DNA from: Prorocentrum cordatum
Lineage: Eukaryota
NCBI GenBank assembly: GCA_963575745.1
Contig: CAUYUJ010000026.1
Location: 558,001 to 622,000 of the forward strand
Length of the DNA: 64,000 nucleotides
Direction of reading: 5' to 3'
The position numbers were made by a program, and so were the translations under genes. This document shows, piece by piece, positions 1 through 12,479 of this stretch. The notes below the pieces were generated by a model, which had not been told where the DNA came from, made no database searches, and saw only the letters and a program-made list of their open reading frames with translations. The stretch's first letter is position 1. Each line of letters opens with the position of its first letter.

Positions 1-100
1 AGGGGGGAGACCAGAGCTGGGCCAGCAGGACAGGTCCACGCCAGGGGCTTCTCCACGCCAGAGGATCTCGCGAAGCGTTGCATCTGGACGAGGGGGGAGG

Positions 101-200
101 GAGAGAGAAAGAGAGAGAGAGAGGGCGGATGTGGCGCACTCTGGAAAGGGCGAGGGAGAGAGAGAGAGAGAGGGCGGATATGGTGCTCTCTGGAAAGGGC

Positions 201-276
<76 letters not shown>

Positions 277-481
277 GGAGAGAGGGAGGGAGAGAGAGAG
301 GGCGAGGGAGAGAGAGAGAGAGAGAGCGAGAGAGCGAGAGAGCGAGAGAGCGAGAGAGCGAGAGCGAGAGAGAGAGAGAGAGGGAGGGAGAGAGGGAGGG
401 AGAGAGAGAGGGCGAGGGAGAGAGAGAGAGAGGGAGAGCGAGAGAGCGAGAGAGAGAGAGAGGGAGGGATGGCGAGAGAGG
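101..481. repeat. (GA)n / purine-rich microsatellite
   Basis: Direct (GA)n runs; explains the ER/RE-repeat ORFs at 78 and 131. Confidence 0.95.
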
Positions 482-650
482 GAGAACGCAAAAACGATTG
501 CGCGCTCCACTGCGAGCCCTGCCTTCGAGGACTCTTTGGAGGCTGCCTTAACTCTTCTCCGGATGGGAGCCGAGGAGGCGGGGGCCGGCAGTGAGCAGCA
601 CGTCGGGCGGCTCCGCCCGTGGAGAGCGTCGGGAGGAGACGCTACGCTTA

Positions 651-811
651 AAGTCGGGCCCGTCCCTCTACAGGAGGAATACTCCAAGAATGGTCAACAA
701 AAATAGTCTGGGGATTATGTTGGGGGTATTTTCCGGCCATGTTGGAGTCTTGTTTTGACTATTTTTCTTTTCCGTCCAAAATCCCCCTGTATAGAGGGAC
801 ACGCCCGACTT
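651..811 (+). mobile_element. MITE-like family A (~160 bp, TIR AAGTCGGGCCTGTCCCTCTACAGG-like, AT-rich core)
   Basis: Ends aagtcgggcccgtccctctacagg ... cctgtatagagggacacgcccgactt are inverted repeats. Related copies at 21521, 52999, 57482, 61891, 63489. Confidence 0.75.
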
Positions 812-900
812 AACGCTGCGCCCTCAAAGTGCTGTTCACAGTGCGGGTTCAGGGGTGCCGACCTCGACCGTGCATGAATCCCCGGAGCCGACCATGTAGG

Positions 901-1094
901 GTCGGGGGCGGCCAAGAGGGGGGGGGTGTTTAGGGGGGCGGGGCACCATGGCGGGGGCCGTGATATCACACCAGATTTCATGGCGCCTCTTGTCATTTCA
1001 ATACGTACCCGGCCGCCCCCCTGTGCCGCGCACGTGCCGCCGGCCATGATTTGCGACCCCCCCTTTTGGACGCCTCTCTCCTGGCCGCCCCCGA
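901..1094 (+). mobile_element. MITE-like family C (TIR TCGGGGGCGGCCA)
   Basis: tcgggggcggcca...tggccgcccccga ends. Internal gatatc..ccagatttcatggcgcctctt and gccatgatttgcg blocks recur at ~5700-5865 and 49241-49807. Confidence 0.65.
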
Positions 1095-3240
1095 GTATAG
1101 ATCCCCAACGTGGTTCAGGACAGATAACTTTTCATCCGGGTCGGTAATGTTAACCCGAGCGTGGTTCAGGACAGGCAACCTTTCGTCCGGGTCGGTGAGG
1201 TGTCCCACCGTCTCTGCGTGGCGTCGGTCTTTTTCCTCGCCCGGGAGTAGTGTCCCTTCTCCGCCAGATGGGCATCACTGGGTCCGGTCGACACTGCTGA
1301 CGGTTCGAGCGACCTGCGATCAAGGGCAGCATTTGGACTGGCCAGGGAGGAGGAAGAGCAGGATGGGGTTGATGATGCATGATAATGGCGATGAGGAGGA
1401 GGAGGAGGCGGAGGAGGAGGAGGAGGAGGAGGAGGAGGAGGAGGAAGAGGGTGGAGGAGGAGGAGATGGAGGAGGAGGAGGAGGAGGAGGGGAGGAGGAG
1501 GAGGAGGAGGAGGAGGAGGAGGAGGAGGAGTGCGCCAGGAGCTGTCATGCGCCCATGCTGCGCCATAAGTTGCCAGCTCGGCGCCGCCAGCCGCCAACCA
1601 GGAACCTGGGCCCCGCCCGACCTCGACTGGCTGGTTCTCGCCTGCCCCTCTGGCAGCATCCTGGAGTCTGGGCGCCGAAGCCCAAACTTGGTGCGAGCCT
1701 GGAGGGTGAGGGTGCGGCCGCCCGCAGCGGAAGCAACAGAAGCGATAGCTGTCCATCGGCTCGTGCGTTTTCTGACCCGCTCCCCCCGCCCTCCGAAACC
1801 AGGGTGCGACGGCCCATTTCTCGTCGCCCTATTCTTCAGGGGGCCGTCTCCCGGCCCCGTGGCCGTCGAACGACGCTGGGCGCTGCTTGATGGGAGGGGG
1901 TGCTCAATCGGGGGTTGAGAACTGTGCCCCCTCTTGGGCCCCAGGAGGCGGCCTCCTGGGGGCCCCTGTAGGGGACGACGGGGGCACCTGTCTTCGCCCC
2001 CCCATATCTGCACATTGATTATTTCCAATTCTTCGAGAGTTCTTTGGTTTTTTGGGGGGCCCAAGCCCTTTCATTTCTAATTCTTCTATCCTGGGCCTCT
2101 TCCTGGCCGGGGCCAGGAACAGTTAGAAGCGAGCACAAGTAGAAATGAGCACGATTAGAAATGAAGGACGTGTATCGCCCTTCCCACCCACTACACGGCG
2201 CCCGAAAACGATGCGGGCTGAAGCGCTGGCCTTGGGGAAGGGGTCGAGAGTCCCAGGAGGCCCGGGCCACTGAGGAGTGCGACGTCGGAGGTTTGGGCCT
2301 CTGGTGGCAGTCACGTTTCGTTCGCGGGAGTCTTCGGTCTTCTGAATCTCTTCCCTTCCTCCGAAGATTCCTCTCATCCGAAGGAGGAACAACTGCATAG
2401 CACACAAAAATGTTGGACGGTCCGCGCGGACCTCCCAGAGTTTGTGCTTGTGCAGTTGTTCGTTCCTCTGCTGATCTTCTCGTTCTCCCTCCCTCCCTCC
2501 CTCCCTCTCTCCCTCCCTCCCTCCCTGCCCCCGTATGTTCCTCCTGTGCTGGAGTGTGCAGGCTGGCACGCTGAGGCCCGCGGCGATTCGGGGCGCGGAG
2601 GAGGCAGCCCTGCCTCCGATGGTCGACCCCCCTCCCCACACGACTGGACCCCCGTCATCTCCTGATCCTCCTTCTCCTCCGCCTCCTCCTCCTCCTCCTT
2701 CTCCTCCTCCTCCTGGCATCCTTTTCCTCCTCCTCCCTCCTCCTTCTCCTCCTACTCTCCCCTTCCTCCTCCTCCTCCTCCTCCTCCTCCTCTCCTCCTC
2801 TTCCTCCTCCTACTTGCCCCCTCCCTGTCATCCTTCTCCTGCTCATCCTCCTGCTCATCTTCCGCCTCCTCCTCCTCCTCCTCCTCCTCCTCCAACGGGC
2901 GCAGATCACCTGGTTCCACTTGCGCATAAAACGATGGTGTCTTCTGGGGCCACGCAAGGATTGAACTCCCGCTGGCCTGTGGAACGACGGGGAGGAACGC
3001 GTGCCCCCGGCCCCCCGTGCACTGCTGTGGGACAGCCTTTCTCGGGGGTTCCAGGTCCGCTATGACACCCGTCGGCGGATAGCGGCGAAAACAACGAAAA
3101 CAGCGCTATGGGAAGGGATGGGCAGGAGAGGTAGGGCGTCAGATATGGCGAAGGCGCACCTAGCTTATTGCCCCTCCCCTTCCCTCCTGCCTCGCCCGCC
3201 GCCCCTCTCCCGCATCGCTGCCCTCCACCGTTAGCGGCAG

Positions 3241-3318
3241 AGCACGTGGAGGGCCAGGATCCTTTCGTGGTCGATGAGCCGCCCGCCGACGGCTGGGCCA
3301 TGATCTACCCAGAGACAG
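3241..3318 (+). CDS. Exon of REJ/PKD-like domain protein (start approximate)
   Basis: Reads ..FVVDEPPADGWAMIYPET, resembling REJ VNxPPxxGxxxVxPxxG. Ends at AG|GC donor and joins in frame to the exon at 4158. Confidence 0.6.
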
Positions 3319-3820
3319 GCCCTGGGGGAGGGGATGAGGGCGAGGGAGAGCCAAGAGGAGGAGAAGGAGGAGGAGGAGGAATCAGGAGGAGGGGGAGGCG
3401 GAGGAGGGGGAGGAGGAGGAGGAGGAGGAGGAGGAGGAGAGGAGGAGGAATCTGGAGGAGGAGGAGGAGGAGGAGGAGGAGGAGGAGGATAACGCTCCAG
3501 GCTGCCGCCCTAACTTTGCGCAACGTCAAGAAGGAAGAGGATAATGAGGAGGAGGAGGAGGAGGAGGAAGAGCAGAGGGGGAGGAGAAGGAGGGGTAGCC
3601 GGCGGAGCAGAGGGCCCGCTGCAGTCGGGCACGAGCCCTGGTGGACATGCGCGAGGGGGAGAGTCCCTAGAGGGGGGAGGTACGTAGGGAAGGGAGCGCA
3701 GCAGGAGGTGGATGAGCCAGAGGAAAAGGAGGAGGGGGAGGAGAAGCAGGAGGAGGAGGAAATAAAGGAACAGGAGGAGGAGGAGGAGGAGGAGGAGGAG
3801 GAGGAGAACCCTGCGATCCG

Positions 3821-3980
3821 ACACTGCGAGAAAAATGCAGCATCGCGAAAAATCGCAACCAGAGCCCTAGACCCCATCCTTCTGAGGCACGCGCTCGAGC
3901 CGGATCGACCTGCGATGGCCCGTGGTCCCGGAGGCGGGCGAACTGCGCCAGGTGCAAAAAGAACGCAGCGCCCAGATCTT
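3821..3980 (+). repeat. Interspersed repeat family G (~160 bp)
   Basis: gcgaaaaa..cgcgaaaaatcgc..ggatcgacctg..gcagcgcccagatct; diverged copies at ~48650-48805 and ~61292-61447. Confidence 0.6.
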
Positions 3981-4157
3981 GGGGGACGACGACGACGACA
4001 CGGAGGCCTCCTCCTCCCTCCTTCCCGCTCTTCCTCCCTCCCCTCCCCCTTCCCCTCCTCCCTCCTCCTCCTCCTCCTCCTCCTTGTCCTCCTCCTCCTC
4101 CTCCTCCTTGTCCTCCTCCTCCTCCTCCTCGTCCTCCTCCTCCTGGGGGCGCCGCAG

Positions 4158-4347
4158 GGACTGCCGCGTCGACCACATTCACGCTGCAGACCGCAGGCTG
4201 GGTGGACGACGACCTGCCGCTCGAGTACCGGCTCTTCGCCGCCGCCCCCGCCGCGGCCTGTTGCTCGCCGCGCCGCTTCTGCCCGCTGCCCTTCGGCACG
4301 CGGAGGGAAGGGGCCCTGCTGGTGTCTGGCGGTCTTCGGGAGCTCAG
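4158..4347 (+). CDS. Exon of REJ/PKD-like domain protein (end approximate)
   Basis: Reads (G)TAASTTFTLQTAGWVDDDLPLEYRLF, matching the REJ motif GxxxxTxFxxxxxGWxDxDxPLxYxF. Acceptor is CAG|G. Confidence 0.65.
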
Positions 4348-5091
4348 GAGAGGGGGAGGAGGAACCCCTCCCCCCTCCAACTTATGGTGGTGGTGGAAAA
4401 CATGCCCATCACCAGGGCCCCCGGGACTGTCAGCAAGAACGGGTCGGGATGTAAAGCAGGTCGCAGGGAATTGCAAAGATCATGACGTCGGGGATTTGGG
4501 CTTGATGCAGGTTCCCCTCCTGGATCGATCCTTGACGGCCCCTGGGGCTCGGGGGCAGCTTCAGGAGACCGATCGTGCAGGAGGAGCGCGGGGACTGCAG
4601 AGCTCAGTCCGCCCGAAGCCTGCGAACCCTGTGTCCTCGATCCTCGAGGGCTGCATTCGCTTACGAGCGGCGAGCGTATCCGTATCCACGCCCTTGCTGT
4701 GTGTATTCCGGTGCGTGATCCCGTGGATGCGCAGTAGCAAGGATGCGCTCCGCGCGGGGCATCCGTGAAGCAGCCGCCCCGCCTCCACGGGGCAGCGGCC
4801 CAGGCGCCCAGCCCGCCAGGCCGTGGATAAATACGGATATGCTCGCCGCCGCGATCCGTAGCCTCTGGCACCCCTCCCTTTCCTGGAGGCCGAAGCGAAG
4901 AGAGAGAGCGCGGGACTCCTCGTCTCCTCGCCCCTCGAGCCCGCATTCCGCAGTCTCTGGCCCGACCCTCGAGCCGGCGCCCGCGATGCTCGAGCCTGCG
5001 CCCGCGAGCCTCGAGCCTCGAGCCTCGCTCCTGCCTCTCAAGCAGTTGCGAAGCGTCCCAGCTCGCCTACAGGCCCTACAGGCCTACCAGA

Positions 5092-5254
5092 GAATGCTCT
5101 GATAATCTTTTTGTGGTCTCCACGAAATGTTCTTAGAACATTTCTGGCTTGGGCCGTCTTGAGAACGTGATTTGTGTTCTTTGAACTTCTCGGGGTGCTA
5201 AGAGCACTTCGTGGTAGGCCTATAGCAAAGCCAGGACGGTCGGTCCCTGCTCAA
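5092..5254 (+). repeat. Interspersed repeat family F (~190 bp)
   Basis: ccacgaaatgttcttagaaca...gtggtaggcct..ggacggtcggtccctgctcaa; copies at 21938-22125 and 43828-44014. Confidence 0.75.
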
Positions 5255-5889
5255 GCCTCCGCAGCCTCACGGCCCGAAGGCCGCGGCTTGCTCCCCGCCC
5301 CCCCCCCCGCCGGCCGCGAGCGGCGCCGCCCGGCCAGTGCCGCCCCCCCGTGCCCCTCCCGCCCCCTGGAGCGGCCGGCGGGGGCCCGCGTGCTGTCGGC
5401 CGCGCGCGGCCGCGGCCGCGAGGGGCCTCCCCGCGGCGCCATGCCGCGGCGGAAGAAAAAGGAGATGCGCCTCTCGCCGGGGGCGGCCAGGGCCAAGAGG
5501 GGGGCTAGGACTAGGATATGGAATTCCCAGGAGGGGGGGCTTTCAGTTTGTGGTTTGCGTTTACATCGGCGGGTGGGCGGGCCCACCCCCCTATGTGAAG
5601 CTGTCTGGAATTCCCTGGAGGGGGGGCTTCCAGTTTGTGTTTACATCGGCCAGTGGGCGGGCCCACCCCCTTACATAGAATTCCCGGGAGGGTTGGGGGG
5701 GGGATATCATGGCGGGGGCCATGATATCTCCCCGCTCCAGATTTCCATGGCGCCTCTTCTTACTTCCATGCGTCCCCGGCCCCCACCCCCCCTGGGCGGC
5801 GCACATGCCGCTGGCCATGACTTGCGCCCCCGCCCTCGTCGACGCCCCCCTCTTTGGACGCCCTCGATCTCGAGGAGCAGGCGGCGACG

Positions 5890-6013
5890 TGAACATACAA
5901 AAGCTCGGAGGTCCGCGCGGCTTTGTCGGATCGGCGCTGGACCCCCTGGCGCGCGGAGTGCGCCGGAGGCGGCGCGGGAGGTGCCACCAGGGGGCCCCAG
6001 CGCCGATCGGAGG
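5890..6013 (-). repeat. Palindromic repeat family B copy
   Basis: Same ggatcggcgctgg..ccagcgccgatc hairpin core as the 52028-52190 copy, in reverse orientation. Confidence 0.65.
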
Positions 6014-8483
6014 CTCTGAGTTGTCATGTCTACGTGATTGTTTGTACTTCTAGTTTCACCAAGAGGGCTCAACTTCGTGCAAAGTGCCCACTCGCAAATG
6101 TTGATGTCAGCAAAATCAACACGTGCATGCCTCATGGATCGTAAATCCCCCACGGTTGATCCGGGCCATTTGCGGGTACTGTTACTTTGCGATGAGTGGA
6201 GCGCGTTTTTCTAGCGTCTGCTACTCCGGCGTTTCTGAGGGCCCCAGAGTCTCGGGGGAAGGAGAAGCGACACCGGCACCACCTGGTGGGCCACCTCCAG
6301 CGAGGAGGTCCACGATGCCTCCCCGAGCTGGGGATAGTTAGGTATCTCGAGCGAGAGGGGTGCTTCGGCGGAAGAAGAAGAAGAAGAAGTCGAAGAAGAA
6401 AGCGGATACGACTGCTATTCCACAGTTTGGGGATGCGGCTTTCTGAAGATTGTGCCCGGAGCCCCATCGGGCGATTTTGCTTTGTTTCGGTCCCCAAGAA
6501 CCCTCACGGATCGATCTGGCTCGAAACATGTTGCAGAAAGATGGGGTCCAGAGCACCAGCGTTTCTGGATATGGTGTGCTGAAGTTTTCGCAATGAGATC
6601 TTTGCCCTAGCTTCGGTTCCGCCGTACTCAGGCGGGCCTTCCGGGTTACAAGTGTCTCGGAGATGCGCCCCAGGCGACGCGAACAAGTAGGACGTAAATG
6701 GCCGTCTCACCAAATTAAGCCGGATATTTCCGCAAACGTGTGGCGGAAACAGTGACGGCAAATTGGGGCGGACATTGGCATCATAGGAGCTTGAAAACTA
6801 TGGTGAACATTTCAGCGGTTTGCGAAATCGCCCACGTTACTGCAGACCCCAAGTCAGGGTGATATCCAGGCACTGTACTTTGGAACATCTGTCGTTTTCG
6901 CAAGTTTTCGCGCCCTGGGACCATCACATATAGGTCCTGCATGAACAATGCCGCAGAAGGATGCGGTCTAGGCCTCTGGTCGTGGTTTGTGGCGATGTTT
7001 CAATTTTTGCGCGACGCCCTTGATTCTTGTAGGCTTCTTTTCGCCCTGGGGTGCTTTCTTGCAGCTGCGCGCCGTCGAGAACGTTCGAGGCCCCCCCCAG
7101 ATTTTGAATCTGACACCGCGTGTTTTGGCCCGACCCTTCCGCCCCGGCCCGCTCATGGTGGAATTATTCCGCCTCTGAGCGCCTCCTCCTCCCCTTCCGC
7201 CCGCGGCCCTTTTTTCCTTCTTTCGCTCTTGCACGCCAGATTATTAGCTTAATAGTGCTCCTGCTTCGCTCTTTCGCTGGTGCGGAATTGCCCCGCCTCG
7301 CCGCCGACGAAAAAAGTCCTGGCCCGACGCCCAGCGTCCCGAGACGAGCACCACGAATCCTTCAAGCTTGTCCCGGACGGGTAAGGGCATTCCCCCAGTA
7401 CGGCAGACGGGCCGTGGAGCCGCCAAGTCCGCGCGAAACGGGTTGGGGCCGTCGTGGTCGTTGGCGGCGGGGGCACTGACCGCCTACCGAAATCGGCGTG
7501 GCAACTCTCGACGCTTCGCGTATCTCCACCAGTTCATTTTGTTCTGTGCATGTGCAACTGCGAGCGTGCCTTGCAGGTGCGAACTGGCTGCCGAGTGTGG
7601 CGGCCGTTTGCAAATTCGCTCCGTGCCGCATCCCGGACGTTGCGTCCGCTCCCTGACAATTGCCTTGGAGACACGAACCCCAAAAAGTATCTCCACCAGT
7701 GTGTCTCGACTCCCTGGTGTTCCCGACGCTTTGCATACTTGCACGCTGGCAGTACGACTCAGTTTCAGCTGCCCCCCCACTTGCCGGTCCGCCGCTGAGC
7801 TGCTGCGTGAGGGCCCGGTTAGCCGCTGTAGGTGCGGCCACCCTCGGTCGTTTTCGGTTAATTCGTCGCTGCGTGCCCCGCTTTGACTGGACTCGCCGCC
7901 GGCGCGCTCGCCCGCGGCCGTTGACTAAAAAAGTATCTCCACCAGCCCATTGATTCCCAAACGATTTGCTTTGATCAGGGGGCCGCAGAGGCATGTCGTG
8001 GGGCGACCCCCCAGGTTGAAAAGTCCCCCCCCGCGCCCCCCCCCCCGAAGGCCGTTGAAGCCCCCCGTGAGGTTGCGGTGGCCATCCCAGGTTCGAGCCG
8101 ATTGCCGCGTTGGGCCTTAGGTGTGCCCATGGCCCAGGGCCGCCGTGGGCGCAAGGCGCGCGGAAGCGGAAAATGCGCGCGGAATTCGACGGCGCCCGTC
8201 CCAACTCTCCCACTTCGCCCCGACGTTCCCCAGGGCCAGCGAACGTCCCCCAGACCCCCCAACTTTCCCTATGCTATCATCGCCCTGCTCAACGACCTGG
8301 TCCTCGCCTGAACTTTCCCATGCCCATCAAAACTGCCTCAGTAACCGCCCAAATTCGGCATGCCCCCGCGCCAACGCGCAAACCCCTCGCATGGCCATCC
8401 GCCCTACTCCACATCGAAACGTGCCAGTCCTTTCGAGTGAAGGCCTGTGTCCTGAATGGTTTGTGGACCTCATCAAACGCTTC

Positions 8484-9058
8484 GGCCACGAAACATGTGA
8501 GGCGTGTGCTGGAATGGGCGGGGCGGCCGCATGTGGACGTGCCGACTGGAGCATTTGGAGAAGCTTTCTCTGGGGCCACGAAGCGTGTGAGGGATGTGCC
8601 GATCTGGATGGGTGGCCGCGTGTGGACACCGCCACTGGGGCATCCGTTAGAGCTCACAATGGTGTCACGATGCGTGTGAGAAGTGCCCCGACATGGTTGG
8701 GGCGGCCGCGTGCGGACACCGCCACTGGGGCCTTCGGTGGAGCTCCCTGCGCGTGAGGGGTGTGCCGAGATGGGTGGGACGACAGCATGTTGACATGGCC
8801 ACTGTGGCCTCAGTTGGGGCCCCCTTATGGTGCCACGAAGAGTGTGAAGGATGTGCCGAAATGGGCGGGGCGGCCGCATGTGGACATGTCCAGGGGGTAT
8901 TCCAGTGGAGCTCCCTATGTGCCTATGTGGCCACGAAGCGTGTGAAAGGTGTGCCGAAATTGGTGGGTAGAGCGGCCGCAACTGGACGTGGCCATTGGGG
9001 CCTGCGGAAGAGCTCCCTGTTGGGACAAGAAACGTGTTGTAAGGGGTGTGCCGAAACA
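8484..9058. repeat. Degenerate tandem repeat, ~90-bp unit, ~6.5 copies
   Basis: Unit ggccacgaagcgtgtgagg..gtgccga..gggcggccgc..tggac..ccactgggg..gagctc restarts near 8484, 8574, 8664, 8832, 8929, 9023. Confidence 0.85.
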
Positions 9059-9413
9059 GGAGCATGGGGAGGGCAGAGGGAGGGATGGAAGGAGGGAGGA
9101 AGGCAGCGAGAGTGAATGGGCGGGAGGTGAGGAACGCGGGGCGCTGACTTTTCAAAACGAGGGCCAAACATCACATGCTCTTTGGGAAATGAGATACGAC
9201 GACGGCGCGGGCTCCAACATGCGGGGCACCCTCCTTTTCGTCCGAGGGCAATCCCCCTGGAGGCAGCACGGGCGGGGCTCGATGACCGAACCCAGAGGCA
9301 TATAACGAGGAAACAAACGCCACGCGAGTAAAACTGATCGTCGGAAATTTGTTTTTTTTTGTCGCGACGAGGGGAGACCTGGGGGGTCAGCGCCTGCTCG
9401 CGGCGCAACGCCC

Positions 9414-9536
9414 ATGTAGGACGCCTGCTCGTCCCGCACCGTGGCCCTCGCCGTCATTGCCGGGCTCGCGACGCTGATCGCGCTGCAGCAGTTTCTCGTG
9501 CTGCACGCCGCGCGGCGCGCCGCGGAGCTCGCCGAG
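9414..9536 (+). CDS. Candidate N-terminal exon with type II membrane anchor (possibly of the GalNAc-transferase-like gene); ATG followed directly by TAG
   Basis: gcccATG-TAG-DACSSRTVALAVIAGLATLIALQQFLVLHAARRAAELAE, then GAG|GATCGG (same GA-donor context as in DXS). Linkage to the GALNT exons is inferred. Confidence 0.45.
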
Positions 9537-10299
9537 GATCGGCATCACCCTCTTGCTCCTTCTCCTCCTCCTCCTCCTCCTCCTCCTCCTCCTCATCATC
9601 ATCCTCCTCCTCCTCCCTCTCCGCCTTCTCCCCCTCCTCCTCTTCTCTCTCCCCCTTTTCCCTCTTCTCCTCCGCCTCCTCCTCACCCCTCACCCTCCTC
9701 CTCCTCCTCCACCTCCTCCTCCTCCTCCGCCCCTCCCGTGAGGCCTGGCACCTGTTTTCATGGTGTCAGTGCCGAGCACCCTCGGGGCACTTTGTACACG
9801 GCACTTATTTCGTAGGTTGGGCGGGGTGCAACCGGCCGAATTGTCTGGAACCGCGGGTTCCGGGGTTTGGGGTGGCTGTTGCGAAACCTGTATCGACGGG
9901 TCTCCCGTCGTTGGGTGTAGCACGGCCCCGACCTCAGCCTGGCCCTGCTGGTGAAGGCGGGTAGCGGCGCCTGTGCGGTCCTTGCATTGCGATCAGACCT
10001 TCAGGGATCGGCATTTCCTCGGGGGGCGGTGGCTTGTGCCACGTGAGTCCCACGGGCCTTGTGCCCACCCAGGGCTGGGGAGTTTGTGCTCCTCAGTATG
10101 CCGTGCCGGCTGTTTCGACTGGGGTGCCTTTGGCTCCCAGCGCACCATGTCGGAACCGTTGGGCCGCGAGCCTTCCCGGGCGACGTGGTCACCCCCTATG
10201 CCCTTCCTGCGCAGTTGTTGCTGCTTTCCGGGCGGTAGTTCGTTGGCTGGGCGTGTGCAATGCGCGGCCGGCCTTCGGGAGACCGACCCTGGGCGCCGG

Positions 10300-10880
10300 A
10301 CTCCTCCTCCTCCTCCCTTTCTCCTTCTCTTCCCCCCTTCCTCGTCGTCGTCCTCCTCCTCCTCCTCCTCCTCCTCCTCCTCTCCTCCTCCTCCTCCTCC
10401 TCCTCCTCCTCCCTCCTCGTCCTCATCCTCCTCCTCCCTTTCCCCTCCTCCTCCTCCTCCTCCTGCTCCTCCTCTCCTCCTCTCCTCCTCCTCCTCCTCG
10501 TCCTCCTCCTCCTCCTCCTCCTCCTGCTCCTCCTCCCCCCCCCCTCCCTCCTCCTCCTCCTCCTCCTCTCCTCCTCCTCCTCCTCCTCTTCCTTCCCCCC
10601 CCCTCTCCCTCCCCCTCCTTCTCCTCCCCCCCCCCTCCCACTCCTCCTCCTCCTCCTCCTCCTCCTCCTTCTCCTCCTCCTCCTTCTTCTCCTCCTCCTC
10701 CTCATCCTCCTCCTCTTTTTCCTTCTCCTCTTCCTCTTCCTCTCCCCCCTCCTCCTCCTCCTCCTCCTTCTCCCCCTCCTCTTCCTCCTGCTCCTCCTCT
10801 TCCTCCTCCTGCTCCTCCTCCTCCACCTCCTCCTCCTCATCCTCCTTCTCCTTTTACTTATCCTTCTCTTCTCCTCTCCA
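10300..10880. repeat. (CCT)n low-complexity tract
   Basis: Direct. Similar (CCT)/(GGA) tracts at ~1395-1530, 2660-2895, 3350-3810, 9555-9735, 46880-47640, 48040-48295, 51440-51565, 62590-62730. Confidence 0.95.
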
Positions 10881-11161
10881 ACACGTCGTGGTGCCGCGCG
10901 GTCGCTGCCCGCCCTGGCCGCCGCCCCCCCCCCGCCCCAGGGGCCAGGGGGGCTGCGGCCGACCGCGGGCGACCAGGGCGGGCAGGATCGTGCCGCGTCG
11001 GCGCGGCAACGGCTCCAGTGCGGGCGCGCCAGGCTGAACGCCGCCTGCGCAGGGCAAAGTCCACCCGCTTCTAGAAGGCCAACATCTGGGGCTTATGCCA
11101 CATCGGTTCCTAACTCTCTAGCTACGCGCGTCCATAGACACATGGGGCGCCGCTGCGTGTG

Positions 11162-11263
11162 CATTGTCAGTGTTCAGCACGTAGTTGGTAGCCGATGTCT
11201 CGGGGGCGGGCCGTCTTGGAGGTCGCAGCGTCTCTCGCCCCCGCGGCCTTGATTGCTCAAGCG
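11162..11263 (+). repeat. Terminal repeat A1 of YR retrotransposon
   Basis: cattgtcagtgttcag...gattgctcaagcg, closely similar to 16307-16408. Confidence 0.92.
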
Positions 11264-11277
11264 GGAACGCGGGGCCC

Positions 11278-11850
11278 ATGAGGCTCCGCGCGGCCGACTG
11301 GTTTGCAGCGAGCTTCTTCTCCTATCTCAGTCGTGACCCTGCAGCTTCAGCGTTCCCTGAGTGCCTGCCGCACTCGTGCCTGTGGACGCGCCTTTCGGTG
11401 AGTAGCCGCCCCGCCTGTTTGGGGGCGCCAGGGCCGGGGCCACTGGCTTGGGCAGACCTGCTGACTCAACCAGCTGCGGAGGCTCGGGGCCTGAGCGACG
11501 ACCTTGCGGTCGCGAGCAGCGGCATGGGGCTCGAGCTGTCCACGAAGAGGGAACAGTTGGTTGAGTACTGGTACCACATGGACTTATCCTTCTTGCGGGC
11601 CGCTGGCAAAGACAAGGGGAAGGGCCTTCCGGCCTCCTTTCAGCACGCGGTGTTCGACGTGGCGGCCATTTCTCTGGGCATGACGAAGGACTCGGGGGCT
11701 GCGACGATCTGCCCAGACCTCATCACCCCCACGGCAGACAAGGTCGACCGCGTCGCGGCCATCCTCCTGTTAGTTGGCAAGGCGCGTGAGGAGTGGTCGG
11801 AGCATGCGCAGCAGAACCCCAAGGGGTACACAGACAAGGGGCAGGGGTGA
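11278..11850 (+). pseudogene. Putative gag-like ORF1 remnant of YR retrotransposon
   Basis: Positional only: ORF between repeat A1 and RT. No recognisable motif. Confidence 0.4.
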
Positions 11851-12479
11851 TGCTTGCCCCATCCAGGGCCGGGCGCGCCTCCCAACCAGCCCTGGTTTCA
11901 GCATGTACCCCGGGGAGGGCCTGTCGAGATGGCGTCCGACCGGCAGCCTGCTACAAGCGATCCTTTTTTTGGGTGGAGGAGCGTCGGCGCAACCGGTCCC
12001 CTCTTCCCCGCTCACAAACGGTTTTGACCAAAGACCAGAGTGGAGCTGCAGCACAGCTTTGCAGGTCTACGCGTCTTCGACTCCTTCGCACCAACCACGT
12101 TGACGTAATGTGTGACGAGATGGTTGGCACGCTCAGTGACATGTGTCTTCGCTCCTGCTGCCCGAGGACGCCCCGTGGACCTACTGCCAGCTAACGGGCG
12201 AGTCTCAACCTGATTCGGCGTTCGGTGTGTGCCATGGGGTCTCCTGCTGGTGACGTGAGCGGCCCGGGGGCCCTTCTTGCGTTCCGGGCGAAGAGTGCTT
12301 ATGGCGAAGGCGCCGTGACCGCTCCCCTGAGCAAGGACACTGTCCACTTGTTGGACCTGCCGGCTGCTGGATCTACGCCGCGATCGCGAGAGCATCTTGC
12401 AGTCGACCGAGGCGCAGAAATTGTCGAGCGTAGAATTCAATTGCGCTTGCCAGAATCCACGGGCAGGGAGAATGCTCTT

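Noticed and set aside
7520..7945. Three copies of (aaaaa)gtatctccaccag
   Set aside because: Short, irregularly spaced and without structure or context; probably internal to an old repeat.
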